Of a stretch of DNA of 54,210 nucleotides, positions 46,376 through 54,210 are shown one piece after another. Made by a program: the position numbers and the translations under genes. Under the pieces are notes generated by a model. The model did no database searches, was not told the origin of the DNA, and saw only the letters and a program-made list of their open reading frames with translations. Every line of letters starts with the position of its first letter. Position 1 is the stretch's first letter. The DNA comes from an uncultured Aquiluna sp. (lineage in GTDB: Bacteria > Actinomycetota > Actinomycetes > Actinomycetales > Microbacteriaceae): positions 1,191,135-1,245,344 of the forward strand of contig CAJYLB010000001.1 of NCBI GenBank assembly GCA_913775595.1, written 5' to 3'.

Positions 46376-46457
46376 TGTAAGGGTTTGCTATCTCCTGCTT
46401 GGTTGGTGGTATCTCACCCTTACAGCCCTTTGTCCCTATGGCAGGGGGTAAACCAAG
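46376..46457 (+). ncRNA. Structured 5' leader RNA, copy 2
   Basis: Homologous to 42340-42421 with compensatory base changes. Confidence 0.7.
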
Positions 46458-46471
46458 AAAGAAAGAGACAC

Positions 46472-49228
46472 ATGTCTAACAATAAGTTCCGTAAGGGACT
46501 GGCGCTTCTATCTGGAACCGCCCTGGCCTCAGCTTCGCTGATTGCTGGCCCAGCTGCAAATGCAGCCGGTGGCTTCGATCACGCTCTGGCGTCGGGTTCG
46601 AGTTTCGGAATGTTCAGTGGAGAAGGTTTGAGGGTTGACTTCGCAATCTCACCTCTGCTGGCCGAAGCAGACCTGTCCCCACTTTGGGCCGCAAATGTGA
46701 CCTCGGCGGAGTCCACGGATGTCAGCTTGACCTTCCACGACTTGGCTGCGACCGACACAGTGGATTACGTGATGTACGACTCTCGTGGAGTTGAGGTCGC
46801 CGCTGCGACCCTAACTCTAGACGCCAACAGAGCGGTGGTCATTCCGTTCGCCGCCAATGATGGCGTCTCAGCAACCCTTTACAACCTAGAGGACGCAGCT
46901 AACGCCGACCTAGCAGCTCTATCGGACATTACCGTGGCTGATGACGATCTAGGTTTTGGAGACGGTGGAAACACAATTACTCTTCAACAGTGGATTGAAG
47001 AAGCGGGCACACTTGCTTCGGTAGATAGCAAGGCCACCTCGGTAGCTACTTTCACCGTTGTTGACCCAGCTTCGACCACAGCCACCATCAAAGCAACTCG
47101 CACGCTCAATGACACTCCTGCCCTAGACGCAAACGATGCCGGTGATGCAGGACTCTATGTTCGAGTTACCTTCAACAAGGATGTAAACCTGGACCAGATG
47201 TCTTCCGACTCATGGGTTTTCGGTATTGAAGCATCAGACGGCGATGGAGACGACGCTACAGCGGCCTTCACAGCCGACTTCCCTGTAGGCCAGGACAGCT
47301 TTGATGACCTGGGTCATTGGTACGGCCTGGTTGCGCTCGATGCTCAGGTGATGGATGCCGGTAACTGGTACAAGGCGAGCATCGCGTACGATGCTGTCGG
47401 CGCCAAGACCTACAATTCCAGCGCCTTTACAGTTCCGGTTGCCCCAACTGATGCGGATGTTGACGTCGATGGCGTGACCGTCGACCTCGCAGCATCTGCT
47501 GAGGGTAACGCTGTAATTGATGGCGATGTAACCATCTCCACTGGAACAGACTCAGTTACATACGTTGCAACCACAGATGATGGTGGCACCGCTGTGACTA
47601 ATGCGAACAGCCCAGTTATCGCAGTAATCACTGCAGGTGACTACATGCCAACAGGAGCGTCAATCACAGTCGCTGGGTCCGCTGACAGCATTACTGCTGC
47701 AGACCAAGCAATGACTGTTTCTGGCCTAACAAACGCAGATGGTGAGTTCTCGATTACCGTCACGTACACGGGTAACGATGACGCTGTTGAATACGATGTC
47801 GACTTCTACGCAATAACTGAAGCCGGTGCCGTAGCTGCTGCTGACAACCTAACTGCAACCTATGCAGACGCTGCTGTTGACACAGCTGTGGCGGACACAG
47901 CTGTTCTGTCTGGAGCCAACTTGACCCTCAGCGTTGACTTCGCAGATCAGTTCGGAAATGCCGTTTCGGAGAATGCCGACGGCGCCCTGAAGGTAGTGCT
48001 CTATGCAACTGACACTGACGACCTGGAGATCTTTGCTCCTGTTGTAGGTGGAACTGCTGACTTCAGCTTCGCAAACTTCTTGACGGGAGACGAAGTTGAC
48101 ACCCTAACTTGGGCAACCTTTACGGGAGATGATGCAGATTACGCGGACAACCTTGTTGCTGGCCTAACAGACACCGTTACCCTCTATTCGGCTCGCGATG
48201 TCTATGGAATCAACGTTGGTGCTGCAACATTGGACACCTCAGTTGTGTACGAGGACTTTGTGACCGGTGACGAGGCGTTCGTCCAAGATGGCGACAAGGT
48301 AACTGTTTCTGGAACTGTCATTGACGAAAACGGCGGTGGCGTTCCGGGTGCACAGGTAACGATTTCGGGAGCGGGTCTTCAGTTTGAGAACAGTGGGGAT
48401 TACACCATTGGCTCAATAACAGTCACAGCGGACGAAGGCGGAGCATTCGAGGCAGATGTTTGGACCCATGTTGCTAGCGCAACCGGTGTTGACATTACTG
48501 TGACCTCTGGCGGCGCATCGGCAACTGTAGAGATGACCTCTGCAGTTCCTTCCGGTGCCGGTGACAACAGTGCTGCCAACTACTCATTGACCTGGAACGT
48601 CCCTGCAACGGTAGTCGTTGACACCACCTATGCAATTACCGCAACTATGGCGGACAAGTGGGGCAACCCTCTCAAGAACGCAGACCTGGAGTTCCTAGGA
48701 ACTGCTGCTGCTGAGTTCAATGGAAGTGGAGTTGTAGTTGAGAAGACCACTAACTCCAAGGGTCAGGCAACCGTCTACCTACGTTCGCTTGAAGGTGTGA
48801 CTGGTCTGTCAGCAATTCAAGTACAGGTTGTATCGGTTGACGTTGACGGTGGTGGCGCGGAAGACGCTGCTGATCTAGCCGATACTCTTACCGACAATGA
48901 GGACACCGCTTGGGATGAGTCATTGTGGTCTGATACGGTCGAAGCTGAGATCAACTTCCTGGCCTCAGCCCCAGCTGCAACTGGCGACGCTGGATCTGAC
49001 TCAGTGAAGGTCAACGCTGGTTCCTTCAAGGGCTACGTTGCAATCTACGCAAAGGGCTACGAAGGTAAGCGCCTAAGTGCCAAGGTTGGAGCTGACTGGG
49101 TAGTAGTACCTACTCTTGCTTCCAACTTCGAGCGCGTAGTTGAGTTCACCGGTGCTGGTTACACCATTGCGGTTCGTATTTACATCGACCGCGTACTGGT
49201 AGACACCATCACAGTTACCACAAAGTAA
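46472..49228 (+). CDS. Large secreted acidic surface (S-layer-like) protein, paralog 2
   Basis: Signal peptide (ANA), ~918 aa, colinear with paralog 1 (DQFG, FANFL, VPGA.VT.SGAGLQF, YLRSL, WDES), near-identical C-terminus. Confidence 0.75.
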   Translation: MSNNKFRKGLALLSGTALASASLIAGPAANAAGGFDHALASGSSFGMFSGEGLRVDFAISPLLAEADLSPLWAANVTSAESTDVSLTFHDLAATDTVDYVMYDSRGVEVAAATLTLDANRAVVIPFAANDGVSATLYNLEDAANADLAALSDITVADDDLGFGDGGNTITLQQWIEEAGTLASVDSKATSVATFTVVDPASTTATIKATRTLNDTPALDANDAGDAGLYVRVTFNKDVNLDQMSSDSWVFGIEASDGDGDDATAAFTADFPVGQDSFDDLGHWYGLVALDAQVMDAGNWYKASIAYDAVGAKTYNSSAFTVPVAPTDADVDVDGVTVDLAASAEGNAVIDGDVTISTGTDSVTYVATTDDGGTAVTNANSPVIAVITAGDYMPTGASITVAGSADSITAADQAMTVSGLTNADGEFSITVTYTGNDDAVEYDVDFYAITEAGAVAAADNLTATYADAAVDTAVADTAVLSGANLTLSVDFADQFGNAVSENADGALKVVLYATDTDDLEIFAPVVGGTADFSFANFLTGDEVDTLTWATFTGDDADYADNLVAGLTDTVTLYSARDVYGINVGAATLDTSVVYEDFVTGDEAFVQDGDKVTVSGTVIDENGGGVPGAQVTISGAGLQFENSGDYTIGSITVTADEGGAFEADVWTHVASATGVDITVTSGGASATVEMTSAVPSGAGDNSAANYSLTWNVPATVVVDTTYAITATMADKWGNPLKNADLEFLGTAAAEFNGSGVVVEKTTNSKGQATVYLRSLEGVTGLSAIQVQVVSVDVDGGGAEDAADLADTLTDNEDTAWDESLWSDTVEAEINFLASAPAATGDAGSDSVKVNAGSFKGYVAIYAKGYEGKRLSAKVGADWVVVPTLASNFERVVEFTGAGYTIAVRIYIDRVLVDTITVTTK
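49007..49228 (+). repeat. 222-bp direct repeat (3' end of paralog 2)
   Basis: About 91% identical to 44941-45162. Confidence 0.9.
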
Positions 49229-49254
49229 CTACCCGTCTATTGGAATAGATGAAC

Positions 49255-49298
49255 GATTCCCCTCCCCCCTCCTGGGGGGAGGGGAATCTTCTTTTTTG
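49255..49298 (+). terminator. Intrinsic terminator after paralog 2
   Basis: 15-bp stem GATTCCCCTCCCCCC-TCCT-GGGGGGAGGGGAATC followed by TTCTTTTTT. Confidence 0.88.
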
Positions 49299-49406
49299 TT
49301 GGTGAAAGTAATCGCAGAGATGGGGCAAATATGCTCCTGATGTTGAACGCAAGTTCGTTTCAGACTTTCAAAGTTCATTAGAAAAGGGTTCGTTTTGGGT
49401 GGAGAG

Positions 49407-50393
49407 ATGCCAAAAAATCGGCGCTTGAGAGAACTAGCCAACGCTAGGAATCTGTTTTTGATCCTTGTGGTTGTTCTTGCCATCGCGATGCCTGGTGTGT
49501 CTTACTGGGCTAATTCAATCTCCCCAAGTGGCGTGAAGGTAATTGACACGGGCATCTATGGCGAGTCAAGTACAGACTTTGATGCGAACTCGATTGCGAT
49601 TTATGTGCAAATGCTCGAATTCGTGCCTGAAACCCAGAGAGCCGAGATGGCTTTCTATCCTTGGCCCACCGATGACATCGCCAAGCAGCTCTCATCATCA
49701 GTCGTTACGGATGTTCCGATTCAGTTCCTGGTTGATAGTCAGAACGGGTCGGTAGCCAGATTTGACGCAGGTAGCCAAGTTGGTGCCGTGTATGCAACGG
49801 TTGATGTGTTGAGCACCGATTATTCTGAGCTTGCTTCAGACTCTCTCTACCCTTTCGACGCTTACGTAATGGATTCGTTCGCTCGGGTGCAAATTATGGG
49901 TGAGGATGGTGAGTTCGGGCCAGTTCAAACTTTTGACTACTTTTATAGCTCTCCCGTGCCTGGGTTTGATGTGACCTACCAGCGATTAGGCGCGTTTGAC
50001 AGTGGTTATGCGGGGGACCCGGGCTCACAGGACCTCGCGCAGATTGACCTTGAGAGGTTCTACGGCAAGATCTCTTTTTATGCGTTCATCGAAAGATCGT
50101 TTGCGGTTAAGGCCATTGCATTGTTTATCTACGGATTCATCTTGATCGCGTCATTGGCACTGGTCTGGGTCGCCAGTCAAATGGTGATCGGCAGACGCCC
50201 CCCCAGCATGGAATCTCTAATTTGGGCGGCAGCTTCAATGCTGGGAATACTCGAGCTCAGAGCCCTCGCCCCGGGAGAGCCGCGCATCGGTGTTTTTGCA
50301 GACTTAATTTTCTTCTTCCCATCACTCATGATGTCGCTGGTCTCAGTCGCAGCTATCACCTATCTCTGGTCCACAAGGGAAAATATCCAGTAA
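49407..50393 (+). CDS. DUF4436-like membrane protein
   Basis: N-terminal TM helix, extracellular domain with YPFD, three C-terminal TMs with LR.LAPGEP.IG..D. Confidence 0.7.
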   Translation: MPKNRRLRELANARNLFLILVVVLAIAMPGVSYWANSISPSGVKVIDTGIYGESSTDFDANSIAIYVQMLEFVPETQRAEMAFYPWPTDDIAKQLSSSVVTDVPIQFLVDSQNGSVARFDAGSQVGAVYATVDVLSTDYSELASDSLYPFDAYVMDSFARVQIMGEDGEFGPVQTFDYFYSSPVPGFDVTYQRLGAFDSGYAGDPGSQDLAQIDLERFYGKISFYAFIERSFAVKAIALFIYGFILIASLALVWVASQMVIGRRPPSMESLIWAAASMLGILELRALAPGEPRIGVFADLIFFFPSLMMSLVSVAAITYLWSTRENIQ

Positions 50394-50556
50394 GTTCAGG
50401 GCCGAGTTTCATTTCCCTTCCATGCGGAGCGTACATAACGAACAGACATTCGGCCAACACGGTTATTTCTTGTCATCCCTACTATCCCGCAAGAACCAAA
50501 GGTGGTCTGCTTGAAGTGTCGAAGACGACACCCGCAATTCTTTATTAGGGGGAATC

Positions 50557-52398
50557 ATGAAGAAATTGAAAAGCCTATTGGCAGGGAGCGCCTCTCTTGG
50601 GCTCCTAGTAGCTGTGCTAACTCCGGTCGCGGCACAAGCAGACTTGGCAGTGCCCAAGACCACTTGGCCAGTTTGCGACGATTTCAGGGTCGATTTCTGC
50701 ATCGAGTCGATTGCAGTTCGACCGCTTGGAACAAATCAAGATCTGGTCTTGACTTGGTATGACTCAGGAAGTGGACCTGAGGTCGAACCCGTGGTCTCAC
50801 CTGCTGACTTCATCGATGGGCCCGAGGTCCTCGAGCCCGGTTCAGTTGGTAACTACGTTTCAGTGCTGCCGGAGCTATACGCCGAGGTTCCTCGTAAATT
50901 CATTTTCACCGGCTCAGCCGGAACACTTGCATCTCAAGATGGCATTGACGCGTCGGCCACGTTGACTGTCCCTGCGAATGTTGAGCAGGGAGACGGCACT
51001 CTAGAGCTCTTTGCCGATCTCAACCTGGATGGAGAGTTTGCTCCTGATGAGATCGTTGCTTCTAAGTACATTGCATTTGGAACTCCCTCTGTCGTGGGAA
51101 CGGGAGCGGTCGAGACGCAAGCAGGCAGGGCAACTTCAGGTCGTTGGACGCATGACAAGTGGGTTGACTACGGCCTAAATGCTTACGGCTATGACGGATT
51201 GACTATTGACCTCAAGACGGCCAACCTCTTTACTAACCACCTCTTCTTCACTGTTTATCCAGTGAAGGCTGATGAATCCAATGTCACGACTATCGCAACT
51301 AGAACAGATGGATCTGGACTGGCAGCGAACCTGAACATGGACGACAAGATCACAGTGAAGGTAAGAACAGGCGAGATTCTCACCGGAGTCTCAATTGCAG
51401 TTGCTAACAGCATGAGCTTCCTGGCCGAGAAGCCAGAGACCGTTGAGGCCGAGGAAGAGGGCGGTGAGCCAACAATTGTCAATGGAACTTTGACGATTAG
51501 CGGAACTCCCGTGCCAGTGCCTCAGATTCGCTCCATCACCCAGTGTGAGGGAGAGGAGTCAACCGCATCCGCAGTCGTTAACACCATGCAGGGCTTTGTG
51601 ATCGTCGAAAATGACAACATGGGCTTTGGTGTTGACGGGCTCTCTGGGCGTCTAGTCGTTGGTTCTAACGGAGCCTCGTGTGGAATCAGTACCCCAGTAT
51701 GGGATGACCAAACCGAAGCCTTGTCCTGGCAGGCTGGTGCACCGCACTTTGAGCCAGACGGCGTGACTACCAACAAGGGTTTCTACAAGGCGATCATCCC
51801 AGCTAACGACGCACTATTGCTGTGGGGCCTTGAAGACCCCAAGGCTGCAGTTACCGCGCTGACCATTCAGGTCACTGAGGAGACCGGGGGACCAGCAGTT
51901 GCTGCATCCAAGATCTCTTACCTGCACGGCAACATCATTATCGACATCACGGGCTTTACATACTCAAAGCCAAAGATCAAGATAACCAAGAATCCAGGTG
52001 CGAAGTTTGCTACCAAGCGGACGATAACCTGCACCGATCCGAACACCAAGGAACGGATTGTTCTGACTGACTCATACGGCTGCCCAACGGCTGAAGTGGC
52101 CGCATTCAAGCAGACCAAGCTAACGAACCACACCCAGTACACGTTGAACTCGTCTCAGAAAGCACAGGTTCGAAGGAGCCTAGATCGCTACATCGAGGCA
52201 AACAAGTTCATCTGCACTGGCATCTGGCTCGAGGGTGCAACTTTGAAGCAGAAGATCGACGCTAGGCGAAACGCGAAGCAGGCTTGCGAGTACGCCAAGT
52301 CCCTTGATCCAACGCTTTCTTACTGGTACCAAACCAAGTCGACCAAGGCCCCAAGCTACAAGAACACGGTCTTGATCACGATGAAGGCTCAGTACTAA
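50557..52398 (+). CDS. Secreted hypothetical protein with a basic C-terminal domain
   Basis: Signal peptide (AQA), GGGGG RBS, paired Cys residues, basic tail with QKAQVR...KFICTG...AKQACEYAK. Confidence 0.85.
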   Translation: MKKLKSLLAGSASLGLLVAVLTPVAAQADLAVPKTTWPVCDDFRVDFCIESIAVRPLGTNQDLVLTWYDSGSGPEVEPVVSPADFIDGPEVLEPGSVGNYVSVLPELYAEVPRKFIFTGSAGTLASQDGIDASATLTVPANVEQGDGTLELFADLNLDGEFAPDEIVASKYIAFGTPSVVGTGAVETQAGRATSGRWTHDKWVDYGLNAYGYDGLTIDLKTANLFTNHLFFTVYPVKADESNVTTIATRTDGSGLAANLNMDDKITVKVRTGEILTGVSIAVANSMSFLAEKPETVEAEEEGGEPTIVNGTLTISGTPVPVPQIRSITQCEGEESTASAVVNTMQGFVIVENDNMGFGVDGLSGRLVVGSNGASCGISTPVWDDQTEALSWQAGAPHFEPDGVTTNKGFYKAIIPANDALLLWGLEDPKAAVTALTIQVTEETGGPAVAASKISYLHGNIIIDITGFTYSKPKIKITKNPGAKFATKRTITCTDPNTKERIVLTDSYGCPTAEVAAFKQTKLTNHTQYTLNSSQKAQVRRSLDRYIEANKFICTGIWLEGATLKQKIDARRNAKQACEYAKSLDPTLSYWYQTKSTKAPSYKNTVLITMKAQY

Positions 52399-52412
52399 AC
52401 AGAGGCTGCTTG

Positions 52413-52448
52413 CCCCGCGGAGACTAACCTGACCAAGTTTCCGCGGGG
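52413..52448 (+). other. Intergenic hairpin between the two secreted paralogs
   Basis: CCCCGCGGAGACT/AGTTTCCGCGGGG stem without a U-tract. Confidence 0.6.
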
Positions 52449-52478
52449 AGCACTCTCCAACAAAGGAGCAGTCTGAAG

Positions 52479-54210
52479 ATGTCAGTGAGATTTAGAGGTT
52501 TAGGGCTAGCTCTCTCGGCCGCGTTTGTGGTGATTGGATCCACGACCCCAATTGTCGCGAATGCCGTGGAGGCATGGCAGCCCGACGTCAAAGCAATTGA
52601 GGCATCCGGTTTCGAGGTCGACTACACGGCCGGTAACGAGCTTCTTTTTGTTGAAGATGTTCGTTCCCCGGGGACCAGCGGAGTGTATTCGCAGTTCTTG
52701 ACCGGTAACGACGCAATGCGCGAGACCATAGAGCTTTGTGGAGACCTCGGGCCAAATCTTGACTGCGACAAAGTCTTCGTAGACCCTGAGGCTCCCGGTG
52801 ACGAGGCGACTGAAGAGGAACTCGCAAGCTACACGCCTCCCCCAAGCCCTCCGGTGGCCGTTGGGGGCATGGCCCTGTTACCGTATTGCGGCCAGATCAC
52901 AGAAAGCTGCATCGAGTCCCTAGAACTGAAGGATCCTGAGACAGGTGAGTATGTCGCAGCGACGTATGTTGGCACAACCTCGGGTACTTACTTCACCGGG
53001 AACCCTTCGGTAGGCGTGCCTTCTGGTGTTGGCCCCGCGATCTTTGAATCTCCCGTGGCTCACACAGGCGGTAATGAATACACCCTGAAAGCCAGCCTCG
53101 ATTTCTGGTACACGAAGAGTCCTCCGCAAGGCCGCGAGAAGCTTGAGGCGAGGGAATTCATCCTCGAGGCCTTTGCCACGAAGCGAGAGGTTGGCCAGCA
53201 GTACTTCGCCAGCTATGCAGATGTTTGTAGGGACACGATAGACAATAAGTCCATTACCCCCTGTTCCAGTGGACCCATGCAGACAGAGTGTGTGTATTCG
53301 GATGACGGTGTCTGCGGTGTTGAGCACTACATGACAGAGGGTCAAGTGGTTAAGGTTTCGCTAATCCTTACCAACCAGCTCACGGGCTGGTTCAAAGGTC
53401 GACTAAAGGACCCAGGTATTGAGGTTTTACCGATCGACGAGAACTACTCCCGAGTAGTGATTTCGGGAGAGTCAGTGCAGGTTCCGAGGTTTCTTGCGAC
53501 GTTCTCTCTAGAAAAGGGCGATCCCGACATTGTTGGTCCTCTGGAAGATAACGCTCACGGAGGTCCATACACGCTTTTCAATGCAGCAAGTCCTCGAGCC
53601 ATGGAAATTATTCAAGGTATGAGGGAGCGCGTTAACGATACGGCGGCCGGGGTCTCTACCATTTGGTCAATTGGTTCCATCAGTGCCGACAGAGCAGTTT
53701 CGAATGGGCAGGGTTCTTCGGCTTGCCTAGCCGACACCACAAGGCTTTTGGGCATTGTCACGACTAATGCAATGACGTACTTGGGTAGCGCACCAACCTT
53801 CGACTCCGGCTATCTCTCCTATAAAGTCGCCGGACTCCACTACGCCCCAGATGGCGAGACGGTCAATGAGGGAACCTACGACCTAGTGATGCGATCTGAT
53901 GTTGCTCGGTGCCTCTACGGCTTCAAGAACGCCCCAATCTCCGCCACCGTTGCAGTTGTTGGAGAGCAGGGCGAGGAAAAGGTTGCAACGACAATCGTCT
54001 CTGAAAAAGACGGTTGGCTAAAGCTTGCAGCTTATGGATTCACATTCTCGGAGAATGAAATTAGAGCCCAGCTTCGTCAGTCACAGATGAAGACTCTGAA
54101 AACCTTCAGCGGATCTAGAACCTCGCTAACATCCGCACAAAAAGCAGAGATCCGCGATGTCCTAGAAAAATCAGATGGGAACACAAAGTTCATCTGCACA
54201 GGCATCCGCT
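52479..54210 (+). CDS. Secreted hypothetical protein, paralog of 50557-52398; truncated by the window end
   Basis: Manual translation MSVRFRGLGLALSAAFVVIG...CIESL...LHYAPDGETVNEGTY...GFTFS...LTSAQKAEIR...KFICTGIR, open to the end; AAGGAG RBS; missing from the ORF track. Confidence 0.85.
   Translation, partial: MSVRFRGLGLALSAAFVVIGSTTPIVANAVEAWQPDVKAIEASGFEVDYTAGNELLFVEDVRSPGTSGVYSQFLTGNDAMRETIELCGDLGPNLDCDKVFVDPEAPGDEATEEELASYTPPPSPPVAVGGMALLPYCGQITESCIESLELKDPETGEYVAATYVGTTSGTYFTGNPSVGVPSGVGPAIFESPVAHTGGNEYTLKASLDFWYTKSPPQGREKLEAREFILEAFATKREVGQQYFASYADVCRDTIDNKSITPCSSGPMQTECVYSDDGVCGVEHYMTEGQVVKVSLILTNQLTGWFKGRLKDPGIEVLPIDENYSRVVISGESVQVPRFLATFSLEKGDPDIVGPLEDNAHGGPYTLFNAASPRAMEIIQGMRERVNDTAAGVSTIWSIGSISADRAVSNGQGSSACLADTTRLLGIVTTNAMTYLGSAPTFDSGYLSYKVAGLHYAPDGETVNEGTYDLVMRSDVARCLYGFKNAPISATVAVVGEQGEEKVATTIVSEKDGWLKLAAYGFTFSENEIRAQLRQSQMKTLKTFSGSRTSLTSAQKAEIRDVLEKSDGNTKFICTGIR

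Noticed and set aside
50500..50556. Small hairpin GTGTCG-AAGA-CGACAC upstream of the 50557 gene as a third copy of the S-layer leader
   Set aside because: It lacks the P1 loop, the CCTAT loop and the RBS-proximal AACCAAG; there is no real similarity
1..54210. CRISPR arrays, tRNA/rRNA genes, transposases, integrases, invertases
   Set aside because: No regularly spaced repeats, cloverleaf/rRNA signatures or recombinase motifs seen by eye; tRNAscan and Rfam were not run

Overview
Gene-dense bacterial chromosomal window. The actinorhodopsin, IdeR-type box, deoC/ALDH cluster and very compact intergenics point to a small planktonic actinobacterium, probably an Aquiluna/Rhodoluna-like Microbacteriaceae (inference). 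In order it holds: a partial CrtEb-like UbiA prenyltransferase; a ~8 kb operon joining a TPP-dependent dehydrogenase (E1a/E1b/divergent E2), SorC and GutM regulators, a glucitol-family PTS with split and reordered SrlE, and a SAF-domain oxidoreductase in place of SrlD; an LLM oxidoreductase and a sugar ABC transporter; a P450, a nitroreductase, an unannotated 37-aa membrane peptide and actinorhodopsin; nucleoside salvage genes (psuG, PfkB kinase, deoC, two ALDHs); an As/Cu resistance cluster; an IdeR-boxed Fe3+ ABC transporter; and a cell-envelope region (galU, S8 protease, glycosyltransferases, pyruvyltransferase fusion, ugd, two ~910-aa S-layer-like paralogs flanking a LuxR regulator, two further secreted paralogs). 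The most striking unexplained signals are a covarying, pseudoknotted RNA leader shared by the two S-layer-like genes, a ~73-aa C-terminal domain those proteins share with the protease, the srlD-less PTS/TPP catabolic operon with four repeated operators, and a two-state leader plus micropeptide around the rhodopsin. I saw no rRNA, tRNA, CRISPR array or mobile element. All calls come from manual reading; no database searches were run.
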